Shown: piece after piece, positions 27,458 through 37,226 of the stretch
Numbering within the stretch: position 1 is the first letter of the stretch
How the letters are laid out: each line of letters opens with the position of its first letter
DNA from: a virus
Virus record (IMG/VR): IMGVR_UViG_3300027983_002388
DNA: 64,000 nucleotides
Strand: one strand, 5' to 3'
The notes under the pieces: generated by a model
Database searches by the model: none
Told to the model about the DNA's origin: nothing
What the model saw: only the letters and a program-made list of their open reading frames with translations
Program-made: the position numbers and the translations under genes

Positions 27458-28621
27458 ATGAAAATGAATAAGGATGAGTTAAGAGAATATTTGAATAAGG
27501 ACATCGAAAGTCTTCGTTCCCTGAATTTCAGTGAGCCGTATATCAAGTCGGTTTCTGAAAATACAAGCAAATGGGCCAATACGGGCCTGTTGGGAGGCAT
27601 TGGCGATCCACATATTGGTCGCAATGTGGCGACCTTGCTGGAAAACCAGAGGCTGTTTAATGAACAGTGGCCGGGAAATGGGGCAACCCTGATTCCAGAG
27701 GGAGCAGAAACCGATATTCCAATGGAACATTGGGCTTCTCAATGGAAAAGGGTTAGTATCCCTGTAATGAGGCGTGTATTTGGTGAGAATTTCATTGGAC
27801 ACCACATAGTGTCTGTGCAGGCCATGAAAAGTGGTCAAGAGAATACTTACTTGATTGGCTTTGATGGTCGCACAATGTCTGGAATGACAGATGCCAACAC
27901 TCGCCGGTTATCAGTTCAGTGGGATCATCCGATTTGGAAGCAGACTGAAGACGGTGCTAAATACGCTGAATTTAGAGGACAACAATATCACACGGGACTG
28001 GACGCAGAAGCCGAAGCGACCTCAGTATTTTCTGAGGCTATTTGTGCTGATTTCAGTCGAGAGATTATTCGAGATTTATCCATAAACGCTGGCAAGTCGG
28101 CTGTTGTTGAATACAAGGACGAATCTCATCTTTTATCCATGGTTGAAGGAATGAGTGCATATATTGCTGCCAAATGTTACAACAAAGAGGCAACCTGGGT
28201 TGTTACGAGTCCAACGATTGTGAAGCTGTTGGGAGAATATATCGAACCAGCTACAAATCAGTGGGGCAACATCGTAAATATCATTGCCCAAAGAGAAGGC
28301 GTCAACAAGATCGGGGTGTTGAATAAAAAGTGGCAATTGTTCGAGGACTCTACAGCACCAGCGGGGAATATACTGTTGGGGCTTAAAGATCATCGAAATC
28401 ATTATTTTTCGGGATATGTGTTTGCCCCGTTCTTGCCAGTGAAGCCGATTCCTTCGTGGAAGACCGACGAACAAGAACAAGCTGGACACGTTTTGGCCCG
28501 CTACGGGAAGCGGCTCACCAATCCTGGCTTTTATGGCACGATAAAGATTGAGAACTTGCCAGAAGCCACTCCCTTAGAGAAATCGGAAGAGGCCGAAAGC
28601 GAGGAACAACATGGGATATGA
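27458..28621 (+). CDS. Divergent T4 gp23/gp24-family capsid protein paralog
   Basis: KW..TGLL, ATLLENQ, IPVMRRVF, VSVQAM, GLDAEAE, SREII, WVVTSP, LLGLK, APFLP, ARYG. Confidence 0.8.
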   Translation: MKMNKDELREYLNKDIESLRSLNFSEPYIKSVSENTSKWANTGLLGGIGDPHIGRNVATLLENQRLFNEQWPGNGATLIPEGAETDIPMEHWASQWKRVSIPVMRRVFGENFIGHHIVSVQAMKSGQENTYLIGFDGRTMSGMTDANTRRLSVQWDHPIWKQTEDGAKYAEFRGQQYHTGLDAEAEATSVFSEAICADFSREIIRDLSINAGKSAVVEYKDESHLLSMVEGMSAYIAAKCYNKEATWVVTSPTIVKLLGEYIEPATNQWGNIVNIIAQREGVNKIGVLNKKWQLFEDSTAPAGNILLGLKDHRNHYFSGYVFAPFLPVKPIPSWKTDEQEQAGHVLARYGKRLTNPGFYGTIKIENLPEATPLEKSEEAESEEQHGI

Positions 28622-29372
28622 AGTAAATTACAAATATCACGAACGAATCGAAGGCGATTACAACAAGGAGGAAACCAAGTCCTTCAAGAAGAAAGTCGGC
28701 GATCCATTCGAGGATGTTTCATTAGAGAAGTTGGCTGGTGCTGTTATGGCCCAGCTTGCTCGACGTGACGTTTGGATTGTCGATGTGGAAGTCTTTGAGT
28801 TGTCTAAGAAGCCAGTGAGCTTCAAAGAGGCCAAAGGCGGGATCATCTTGAAAAACAAGAAGTTCAATTTTGATGGTGGCGGTGAAGACGCATCTACCAT
28901 CATTGTTCAGGACATGATCCAAGCACCACCGCCAGTTCAATTGCCTCATCAATATGTACAGCTTGCCAATAATGGTCAGCATATGAATATTCAGGGGCAG
29001 GCAGCAAACCCCTCTAGGGGAGTGATGCCGCACGAACAGGGGCAACCTCGTCGCCCCATAGACTGGATGGTATTCTCGCCGGAGCTTCCTCAGATGGCGG
29101 AAGTGAAGCAGAAGAACCTCCGATTCACTCCCGAAAAAAAATATCCAGTGTTCGAGAAGCGAGAAGGCGTTGGTGGGGAAGTGTTTGTGATGATCGACGA
29201 TACCGGACGGGAACAACTGGTTTCCGACAAATATTTTGTCCCCGGAAACGTCCAGTTGTTGGCCGATAGAGAGCTTGGTTTCTCTCAAAACCAACAAGAG
29301 CGAGAAGGCGGCAAATTATATTGGGGTGGTGCAAACCAAGAACCCAATATGCCAGAAATCAGACGCCGATAA
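28611..29372 (+). CDS. Hypothetical phage protein
   Basis: 253 aa ORF with GAGG RBS. Confidence 0.75.
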   Translation: MGYEVNYKYHERIEGDYNKEETKSFKKKVGDPFEDVSLEKLAGAVMAQLARRDVWIVDVEVFELSKKPVSFKEAKGGIILKNKKFNFDGGGEDASTIIVQDMIQAPPPVQLPHQYVQLANNGQHMNIQGQAANPSRGVMPHEQGQPRRPIDWMVFSPELPQMAEVKQKNLRFTPEKKYPVFEKREGVGGEVFVMIDDTGREQLVSDKYFVPGNVQLLADRELGFSQNQQEREGGKLYWGGANQEPNMPEIRRR

Positions 29373-29380
29373 ACAAAAAT

Positions 29381-29407
29381 AAAAGCCCGGAGCAATCCGG
29401 GCTTTTT
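29381..29407 (+). terminator. Intrinsic terminator
   Basis: AAAAGCCCGGA-gcaa-TCCGGGCTTTTT. Confidence 0.85.
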
Positions 29408-29460
29408 CTATTTATCGAACTCCATTATCCTCGTATACTTCAAATACCTCGGAGGAAAAT

Positions 29461-29970
29461 ATGGCTAATCAAAAGCAAAAAGAAAAGAAGAAGAAGAATC
29501 GTGAACGAATTGCCAAGGTACGGGTCATGTATCGACGTGAAGTCTTGCGCAAAGAACGTAAGGTCGAAAAAGAAGAACAGCGTAAGTTTGAAGAAGCTCA
29601 AACAATTATGCACGGCAAACTGATGCCTGTTATCAGCGATCCAGCATTGCTTGCCCAGCGAGAAGCCGCTCATGCTAAAGCCGTTTCAGACAAGCTGAAA
29701 CAAAATCTTCAGATATTGGAGGCGCTTGAGCAGGAATACGAGGCTGAACAAGCTACTCGTGCTGCGATGAATGACAAGCTCGAATCCGAAGGGCATAAGA
29801 CAATGCGTGAAAAAATGGACGCATTGCACCAGAAGGCTTTGCACATGACTGGCAAGGCCGAAGCATTGGCTCAAGCGGAGGAAGACTATGCTGCACAGCA
29901 TACTACATTAGAAGAATCTGCTGCACATCAAAATATTGAAGAAGAAATTGTTGTAGAGCCGATTATTTAG
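29461..29970 (+). CDS. Hypothetical coiled-coil protein
   Basis: GGAGG RBS; basic N-terminus, acidic C-terminus. Confidence 0.75.
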   Translation: MANQKQKEKKKKNRERIAKVRVMYRREVLRKERKVEKEEQRKFEEAQTIMHGKLMPVISDPALLAQREAAHAKAVSDKLKQNLQILEALEQEYEAEQATRAAMNDKLESEGHKTMREKMDALHQKALHMTGKAEALAQAEEDYAAQHTTLEESAAHQNIEEEIVVEPII

Positions 29971-30117
29971 AAATCTTTTCAGCAAACATAAAAAAAAAAC
30001 TAAAGCTATTGAGTCTTCCGCCGATATAGCTTACAACATCACTCAACGAACGACGAAGACTGTTAACTGTAACTTTCCAAGACGTTCACAACTATCAAAA
30101 CGACTAAGGAGCTAACT

Positions 30118-31113
30118 GTGGCAACTGAATTTGAAGGACTTGATTTATCGGAGATGCAACACGAGTACGAGCGGGTCAATGCCGAGCCGGGCGCTTTCGG
30201 CGGCGATGACTTCCTCGAAAAGTTCGTGCGTCTTCCAGAGCGTGACGGATATACGATCATGCGTATTCTGCCCCGTAAAAAGGGTGGCGGTAAGCATTAT
30301 TGTGCAACCCGTGTTCACACGCTTTCTAACCCTACCACCAAGAAGAAGAGAACCTATCACTGCCCGAAGGTTCTTGTGAAAACGGACAAGGGTGATCGTT
30401 GGCAGGGCGAGTGCATCATCTGTAAGTATTACAGTGATCTCTGGCAGAAGTCCGAGAACCTGAGCGGCAAGGCTCAAGAAGACTTGCAGAATCAGGCACG
30501 GGCCATCAAGCCGGTCGAACGATACTACTACAACGTGATCGTTCGTTCTGATAAAGACTTCAAGACTGGTGAAGTCAAGAAGAATGTCGGACCCAAGATT
30601 TACTCTTGCGGTAAGACAGTTCACGCCAAGATCATGCGGGCTATTGTTGGCGATAAGACCGCTGGCGAAGCAGGTCTTGGTGACATCACTCATCCGATGA
30701 CTGGTCGTGACTTCCGAGTTGTGAAAAAGGTCGTCAAGGGTGGTGGCGGTGCTGAATATCCAAACTACGATAACTCGAAGTTTGAAGACGTGGCTCCCGC
30801 TGGTTCGCTGGATGAATTGTCAACTTGGATTGAAAACCTTCATGACGTTCACGCACTTCGGGCGTTGAAGAGTGAAGACGAATTGAAGCACGCTCTCCGT
30901 GTCCACTTGGGCATGGTTAAAGAGGGCGAGTCTCAAGACGACGACTTGAACGAGTTCCGTAACGCTGGTCACACGGCATCTGCCCCTTCGACCGCATCGG
31001 AGTCTGTTCGTGAAGAATTGACCGTTAGCAGCAGCCCCGCCGCTTCTGAAAGCAAGGGTGGAGAAGAAATTCTCGCTGACGACGATTTCATGAAAGAACT
31101 CGAAGGTATGTAA
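30118..31113 (+). CDS. Single-stranded DNA-binding protein (T4 gp32-like)
   Basis: MRILP, H..C..CIIC zinc site, RYYYNV, GRDF, YPNYDNSKF, acidic tail. Confidence 0.85.
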   Translation: MATEFEGLDLSEMQHEYERVNAEPGAFGGDDFLEKFVRLPERDGYTIMRILPRKKGGGKHYCATRVHTLSNPTTKKKRTYHCPKVLVKTDKGDRWQGECIICKYYSDLWQKSENLSGKAQEDLQNQARAIKPVERYYYNVIVRSDKDFKTGEVKKNVGPKIYSCGKTVHAKIMRAIVGDKTAGEAGLGDITHPMTGRDFRVVKKVVKGGGGAEYPNYDNSKFEDVAPAGSLDELSTWIENLHDVHALRALKSEDELKHALRVHLGMVKEGESQDDDLNEFRNAGHTASAPSTASESVREELTVSSSPAASESKGGEEILADDDFMKELEGM

Positions 31114-31129
31114 CCTTCCGTTCCACTGG

Positions 31130-31164
31130 ACCATCCAGGGCGTAAAAACCCTGGATGGTTTTTT
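31130..31164 (+). terminator. Intrinsic terminator
   Basis: ACCATCCAGGG-loop-CCCTGGATGGTTTTTT. Confidence 0.85.
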
Positions 31165-31215
31165 CTTGAGTTTTCAATTTTAAGAATAGTGCCTTCCACT
31201 GGCACAGAGGTTCAA

Positions 31216-32457
31216 ATGGCAAAGAAGAAAGCTGCTGCGAGCGGTGGTGGTGTTGACGATGATTTTTTCGAGACACTAGCCGAAGAAACAGGCGGTGATG
31301 TTCTCGATACAATCGACAGTGTGAAATATTTTGTCGATACCGGCTCACTCGCTATCAATTATATTTGTTCTGGTCAGTTCATTACAGGAGGCATCCCTGG
31401 TGGCAAACTGACAGAAATTTACGGTCCCAATTCATCTTCCAAGTCATTGCTTGGTGCGAACATATTGTTTGGCACACAACGAGCGAAGGGCATTGCGGTT
31501 TTGATGGACTGTGAGAACTCTGCAAATAAAGAGTTCATTCAACAAGCCTCTCACTGTAACCTCAAGCGTATTGTGCGTCATACTCCACAATCGTTAGAAC
31601 AGGTTTTCACCAAAATGTACAAGGTGATTGAGAAGGCTCGTGAAAAGATTCCGATGGAAGTTCCCATCGTGATTGTTTACGATTCAATTGGTGTGTCGCC
31701 CTCTGAGCGTGAGTTGAGGGAAGTGGCATTGCCAGAAGAGTATACTGCTGCTGACTTCAAGCGAATTGTTGGTGGGCATGAACAGCCGGGCGAACGTGCT
31801 AAGATTTGTTCTCGTGAGTTCCGCAAACTGAACACCGTGATGGAGAAGAACAACGCTACGGTTGTCATCCTGAACCAGACTCGTGCCAAGATCGGCGGCT
31901 ATGCCCCTATGGGACAGCAGGCGTTAACCACGGCTGGTGGCGGCAACGCACTTCCTTTCTATGCTTCCTGTCGTCTTGAAACGAAGACGCAGATGAAGAT
32001 CGAAAAGAAGATCACAGCCAAGAAGAAAAAGATTCTCGGCATCAATGTGAAGCTGAAGAATGTCAAGAACAAGACTCACCGGCCCTTTGTCGAGTCGGAG
32101 AACATTCAGTTGTTGTTCGACAAAGGCATCAACCCCCTCAGCGGTCTGCTAAGTTGTTTGCTGGATGCAGAACGAATTGAGATCAAAGGCGCTGGAAACT
32201 TTGTAGTCAAAGAGCCTTGGGCCGGTGGGTCTGAAATCAAGTTTAAGGCCAGCCTGGAACGCAATGACCTTCCTGCTGAAATCTTGATGCAATGTCCAGG
32301 TTTGATCGACGCCATTTCAGCGGAACAGATCAAGGATTACCTGGAGCCATTTCAAGAGTCTATCAATTTCCGACCTGAAGACAACGCCGACATTGAATTG
32401 AACGATGTATTGAGCGATGATGACGACGAGGATATTGATGGGGAACTGGAAGGTTAA
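31216..32457 (+). CDS. uvsX: RecA/UvsX recombinase
   Basis: DTGSLAIN, GGIPGGKLTEIYGP, DCEN, YDSIG, LNQTR, GGGNALPFYASCRL, KNK. Confidence 0.9.
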   Translation: MAKKKAAASGGGVDDDFFETLAEETGGDVLDTIDSVKYFVDTGSLAINYICSGQFITGGIPGGKLTEIYGPNSSSKSLLGANILFGTQRAKGIAVLMDCENSANKEFIQQASHCNLKRIVRHTPQSLEQVFTKMYKVIEKAREKIPMEVPIVIVYDSIGVSPSERELREVALPEEYTAADFKRIVGGHEQPGERAKICSREFRKLNTVMEKNNATVVILNQTRAKIGGYAPMGQQALTTAGGGNALPFYASCRLETKTQMKIEKKITAKKKKILGINVKLKNVKNKTHRPFVESENIQLLFDKGINPLSGLLSCLLDAERIEIKGAGNFVVKEPWAGGSEIKFKASLERNDLPAEILMQCPGLIDAISAEQIKDYLEPFQESINFRPEDNADIELNDVLSDDDDEDIDGELEG

Positions 32458-33506
32458 GATTCGATAAGAGCCGCCGTAAACGGGCCGGTTTTAAGCTGGT
32501 GATGTCGGTGATTGTAGATTGTGACATCATTTGATCCACTGGTAGCTTCAAAAACTATCAGTGGATAATTTTGCGCCATGTCTTCCAAATAAAAAGTCAA
32601 TTTGCCATCACTGGTCGCAGACCATAGGCCGATTGACTTTTTATGATTGTTGTGAATGAATATTTCTTCAATGATATTATTTGGACTAAGAGTTATCCAC
32701 TTTTTATGGTCTGGACAAGACCAAATTAGAGACATATCTTTGTAAGTTGATTCTTGTTCTGGAGTCATAGACTCCAGCCAGTTCATTACGCAAGGGTTTT
32801 TATCTCTAGCGACCCAATGGATGTGATTGAAGTGTCCGTGAAGTTCTGAAAATTTAGTAAGCTCTGGACGCACAGTAAGAAACTTGACAGTTGTTGGATG
32901 GATTTTTTCCATGCGAGCGCAGAAGCACAATCCGTGATCCCCATATCCTTCAGGTATTTGTTTTCTTAATTTGAAATACTGTTTAGCTTTTTCATTGTTT
33001 AGAATTCGTTTCATTGCCGCATTGCTTGTCACGGACATCTCGTATTCGTGTGGCGGTGTGTCTTCAGGAAAACGATACCAATGATTAAACCCTAATTTTT
33101 CCAGCATATGTCTTTCGACAGGTTGGACATCCCAATTTAATTCGCCAGTAAGATGATATTCTCTTTCGTGGTCAAAGAACAACTCAAGGTTTTTCATTAG
33201 TCCACTAATGTCATTCATGCTGTCTTCATCGACCCGATAGTACCATTTAGCTGTATCAGGCTTTGCTATTGCGTCGTAGTAATGGTGGATTCTTTGGGCG
33301 ACGTGTTTGTAAGGTGTGAGGACAATTTCTACATCGACTCCATCTGGCCAACCACCTTCAAACACTTTTACGTCATTATTATGGGCAGCAGCCAAAACGA
33401 GTTTGACTTTGTAATTGCCAATATTTCTGATTCCCCATTTCTTGAAATCCACAAATCGTTGAACCAATTCGCTTTCAGCAGGAACGAGCATTTCGATATC
33501 GTACAT
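32454..33506 (-). CDS. Hypothetical protein, possible GT-A glycosyltransferase
   Basis: WYYRVDEDS DxD-like motif, GYGDHG. Confidence 0.5.
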   Translation of the reverse strand: MYDIEMLVPAESELVQRFVDFKKWGIRNIGNYKVKLVLAAAHNNDVKVFEGGWPDGVDVEIVLTPYKHVAQRIHHYYDAIAKPDTAKWYYRVDEDSMNDISGLMKNLELFFDHEREYHLTGELNWDVQPVERHMLEKLGFNHWYRFPEDTPPHEYEMSVTSNAAMKRILNNEKAKQYFKLRKQIPEGYGDHGLCFCARMEKIHPTTVKFLTVRPELTKFSELHGHFNHIHWVARDKNPCVMNWLESMTPEQESTYKDMSLIWSCPDHKKWITLSPNNIIEEIFIHNNHKKSIGLWSATSDGKLTFYLEDMAQNYPLIVFEATSGSNDVTIYNHRHHQLKTGPFTAALIES

Positions 33507-33968
33507 TTAATTTACCTTATATTGTCCTGCGCCTAATTTCAAGAATTTGAACCCTTCTTTTTCGAGTTCAGATTTCACACGACGCACATGATTACAGAGT
33601 GCAGCGTCGGTCAATTTATATCGTTTGAATTTCTTTTTCAATTCTTTGAGCGACACGGTGTTCCGATTTTGGAATTGCTCATTAACGTACTTCTTTACCT
33701 TGTCGGCAACACGCAGTATTTCAGCACGAGATCGTCCTTCTGTGGACATTTTCGTTTCGATTATTTCGTATTGTACGTTTGATTTTTTGTAGCCCGGATC
33801 GCAGATCGCCGGGGCAAGTTCTTCAAGCTCTAAAACAGAGCCTTCTTCCAATTTGACTATTGAGATTTCGGCACTGAATGCTTTGGAAAACTCAATGAGT
33901 TGAATGAAATTCTTTTCGTGGGTGAAGAACTTTCGTTTGTCCTTCGTTTCGATGAGTAGGCACTTCAT
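33507..33968 (-). CDS. Hypothetical protein with possible C-terminal winged helix
   Basis: GGAG RBS; VSLKELKKKF...LTDAALCNHVRRV. Confidence 0.65.
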   Translation of the reverse strand: MKCLLIETKDKRKFFTHEKNFIQLIEFSKAFSAEISIVKLEEGSVLELEELAPAICDPGYKKSNVQYEIIETKMSTEGRSRAEILRVADKVKKYVNEQFQNRNTVSLKELKKKFKRYKLTDAALCNHVRRVKSELEKEGFKFLKLGAGQYKVN

Positions 33969-34042
33969 AAAAAACTCCTTGTAGTTAAATTATATCTCCG
34001 ACTCAGCAATCCTGGTGTTTGGATAATATAATTATCGTATAA

Positions 34043-35089
34043 TTGAGGATAAAGCGCATGAACTCACCCAAAGAAACATTGAATTTGAACTACTTTCGCA
34101 GGTTCGGCGTCGAGATTGAGATTAACTCTTTCGATGGCCGCAACCGACCCATTGGTCACGAGGACGGTATTCTGCCAGAAGGCATTCAATACATAGGAAA
34201 CCTTGTTCAGAAGCTCTCTGAAGAGAAGGTTTTAATCCGCAAGTGGGGTAACGACCACCATAATGATGTGTGGATAGTTAAGCCAGATGGAAGTTGTGGT
34301 ATAGAGGTCTGTACGCCCGTAATGAAGGGATGGAATGGGGTGGTGCGTACTTGCAAGGTCATTGATGGCTTTAGCAAAGACCTAAAAATAGTATCAGATA
34401 CCCGTTGTTCATTTCATATCCACGTTGATGTTTCGGACCTAACAGAACCTCAGTTGGCCAGTGTCATTTCCTGGTGGATCAAATGCGAACCCGTTTTTTT
34501 AGACTCGGTTCCTGCCCGCAGAAAGAAAAATCAATATTGCCAGTTCCTTGGTGAAATGGATATATTTGATGATATTGAAGATGGTCTGATGCCTGCCGAA
34601 CTTTTGCTGAAAAAGGTGGGGCATTGCAAGTATTACACCATCAACACTTTCCACTATCAGAACAAAAAGAGAAAGACCATTGAATTCCGCATCATGGACA
34701 ATGCGTGTTGTTTGGACCCGTGGATGGCAAAGAATTGGATCAGGATGGTTTTGCACTTTGTTGAGCGGGCTGCGTCACGAGGGTTGCCAGCCCCATTTGA
34801 GATGGGCAATAAATGGTCAGGCTATTGTTGGCTCGATCCTTTTGATGTGTTTGATTTTCTGGGATTCACACCCGGTCAATATGAAATATCTCCAGGTTTG
34901 CGACAAGTTCGATCCTGGTTTGTTTCCAGATTACATTCTCAATCAAAAAACACGGGGTTGAGGGGAGTGATGAGCGATAAAGGTCGCAGAGTATCTCATG
35001 GTCAAATTGACCAATTGTATGCTCTTTTTGCTCCACAAGAATCGGCTGTTTCGGAAGATGAGATATACAGTGAGAACTTTCGTATTTAG
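34043..35089 (+). CDS. Putative amidoligase (Amidoligase_2 family)
   Basis: FGVEIE, DGSCGIEVCTP, CSFHIHV, TIEFR. Confidence 0.85.
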   Translation: MRIKRMNSPKETLNLNYFRRFGVEIEINSFDGRNRPIGHEDGILPEGIQYIGNLVQKLSEEKVLIRKWGNDHHNDVWIVKPDGSCGIEVCTPVMKGWNGVVRTCKVIDGFSKDLKIVSDTRCSFHIHVDVSDLTEPQLASVISWWIKCEPVFLDSVPARRKKNQYCQFLGEMDIFDDIEDGLMPAELLLKKVGHCKYYTINTFHYQNKKRKTIEFRIMDNACCLDPWMAKNWIRMVLHFVERAASRGLPAPFEMGNKWSGYCWLDPFDVFDFLGFTPGQYEISPGLRQVRSWFVSRLHSQSKNTGLRGVMSDKGRRVSHGQIDQLYALFAPQESAVSEDEIYSENFRI

Positions 35090-35132
35090 CGAATATATAA
35101 GGCAGGGAATTCCCTGAACGAAGGTTTGCTAT

Positions 35133-35597
35133 ATGTTCTACAAGGAATCAAAACTCGAAGATATTATCGAAGGCATGAGGGCCTTGGGCGATATGTTAAT
35201 TCCATATAACTTCCCGAAAGCACCGCCGCCCACAATGGAGGATGATTTGGCCATTTTCAAACAACGAGAAGCCATTATTGACGGTTATCCCATCATGCTT
35301 CACTATCAAAAAGCTGATTACGATAAACATCTAATGGAAACTCTCCAGATTTACGGCAAGAGCAGTCCCTTTTTACCCTTCAACTTGATCTGCAATTTGG
35401 CGAAGAGGTTTTTGGGTCCGCATCATTTATCGTTGGTGGAGATATTCAAGGACAATCGAAAAATATATATTTGGTCTGCATGTGTTGATCGTCGAGGTCG
35501 TCCGATTCCTACTCCATTTGAAATGGAAACTGAGGAGTGTGAATTTGAAGGCTTGGATTATTTGTATATGCAACCTAGTCAGGTGAACTTTTACTAA
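35133..35597 (+). CDS. Hypothetical protein
   Basis: 154 aa ORF after TATATA motif. Confidence 0.7.
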   Translation: MFYKESKLEDIIEGMRALGDMLIPYNFPKAPPPTMEDDLAIFKQREAIIDGYPIMLHYQKADYDKHLMETLQIYGKSSPFLPFNLICNLAKRFLGPHHLSLVEIFKDNRKIYIWSACVDRRGRPIPTPFEMETEECEFEGLDYLYMQPSQVNFY

Positions 35598-36503
35598 ATG
35601 TATAAACTATTGCTGATCGGTTGTTTCACCCCTTGGCGAACATACACGAGTTGCGAATTTTTTAGTAAAGAATTGTCCGATAGATTTTCTAAATTGCCCC
35701 ATGTGCAGTTTTTCACTCAGCATTTTACTGAGACGACTTGTCCAGAAGTAGATGTTGTTTTAGTTCATTCTTACACTGGTTTTCCGCCAGTGGCAAACAT
35801 CCCTCACTTCAAGAAAAATGCCAAGAAGGTTGTTTACTTCATGGAGCAAGGGATCGAAGCTCCAGGCTTCGATCATTACTACTATTACGACCGATATTTT
35901 AAGACTAAGAATAAGGCTCCAGGAACCTTCATTAAGATTCCATTGGTCAAGAAATACTATGGTGATAGTTTTTTACCAAAAGAGCCAGGGTCAATTCTTT
36001 TAGATCATGACTACCAGCAATTTAGAGACTACAAACATCCGGGTTGGGATTGGAATGAAAGGTTGTGGGATTTTTTCTTGAAGCATCAAGATCGCTACGG
36101 TCAAATATATCAACTGGAGCGTGGCGACGTGGTTCGACCTAGCTTCATTAAAACAATTCCCATGAAGGATGCTCAAGAATATTTGGATTCAACAGCTAAG
36201 TTTGAAACTTTCATCTCAACTCATGCGGGAAGTTACAATCACACATTGGTTGATATGGCAGTCAGAGGTTCCCGCATCATTGTCCCTTGGAGTCCACTCA
36301 CACATCAAAAATATTTCGTTCCAGAATGTTTAATTTCTGATTTAGATATGACTGTCATTCGTGACGTGGATGAATTAACTACAGCGTTAAACGTCAAGTC
36401 GGTCTGCGAGTCTAAATTGGATAGAGCCACTGACTTAGATGAAGTGGTCACTCTCATGGATAGGGACTTCAAATCGTGGACCAAGAGAATCATCTTGTCT
36501 TAA
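35598..36503 (+). CDS. Glycosyltransferase-like protein
   Basis: GT-B-like C-terminus (EYLD...FISTHAGSY..LVDMAVRG). Confidence 0.5.
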   Translation: MYKLLLIGCFTPWRTYTSCEFFSKELSDRFSKLPHVQFFTQHFTETTCPEVDVVLVHSYTGFPPVANIPHFKKNAKKVVYFMEQGIEAPGFDHYYYYDRYFKTKNKAPGTFIKIPLVKKYYGDSFLPKEPGSILLDHDYQQFRDYKHPGWDWNERLWDFFLKHQDRYGQIYQLERGDVVRPSFIKTIPMKDAQEYLDSTAKFETFISTHAGSYNHTLVDMAVRGSRIIVPWSPLTHQKYFVPECLISDLDMTVIRDVDELTTALNVKSVCESKLDRATDLDEVVTLMDRDFKSWTKRIILS

Positions 36504-36907
36504 ATGGTTTTGGTGTTTCCCAAAGTAATGTGGAATACTTTTTGGTAGGAATTCGGGGGCCTCGTATATTCGCTTGACACTGGCAGACCTAGTTCAACTC
36601 TGATTTCTTCCAGGCGAGTGCTGAAGGCGTTGATCCACCAATACACCCGACCATTATGGATGTAATTGTTGTATTCAAACTCGACCTGTTCACCCTCGTA
36701 TTTGCCCCAATGTTCCATCTTGATTGAATGCTCGTAACGCACAACAGAGATGTGCGGAGCATATCGTTGGGGATTGAGAATGATGTACTTTGGGATCATC
36801 TCACGACAAAAAGAGGCGATGCCAGGATCAACCTCAAGGATGAGCTTGAATCCAACATCGCCTGCATGACTGTATCGAAGTGTTCCGTTACTCTTGTGTA
36901 GCAGCAT
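36500..36907 (-). CDS. 2H phosphoesterase
   Basis: Two HxS/T motifs: PHISV and FHITLG. Confidence 0.8.
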   Translation of the reverse strand: MLLHKSNGTLRYSHAGDVGFKLILEVDPGIASFCREMIPKYIILNPQRYAPHISVVRYEHSIKMEHWGKYEGEQVEFEYNNYIHNGRVYWWINAFSTRLEEIRVELGLPVSSEYTRPPNSYQKVFHITLGNTKTI

Positions 36908-37226
36908 CCCAAAACTCTTCGGCTTTTGACAACGATCTCATCATGTTTTTTGCGCCCACAGGATTCTTAGAATGCACTGCCCAAGTCAGTCGTGGCAGCG
37001 TTCCATGAAACGCTTGTTCTTCAATCCAATTGGCAACATCCATGCCTGTGCCAGCGCTTGGCGGTCCAAGATCATGATCCAGAGAGATAAACGTAACTCG
37101 ACCCTGCTTCAGATGGTAAATTGCCACATCAGCGGTTTTTACCCACGTTTCGTCACCCTCGGACCCAAAAAGGCTTTGAATTTTTGGGTCACGAGGATCA
37201 CGTTCATCGTCCAGCCACAACTTCAT
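36888..37226 (-). CDS. Cyclic-phosphate-processing receiver-domain protein
   Basis: MKLWLDDERD, ISLDHDLG, TGMD, HSKNPVG. Confidence 0.8.
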   Translation of the reverse strand: MKLWLDDERDPRDPKIQSLFGSEGDETWVKTADVAIYHLKQGRVTFISLDHDLGPPSAGTGMDVANWIEEQAFHGTLPRLTWAVHSKNPVGAKNMMRSLSKAEEFWDAATQE

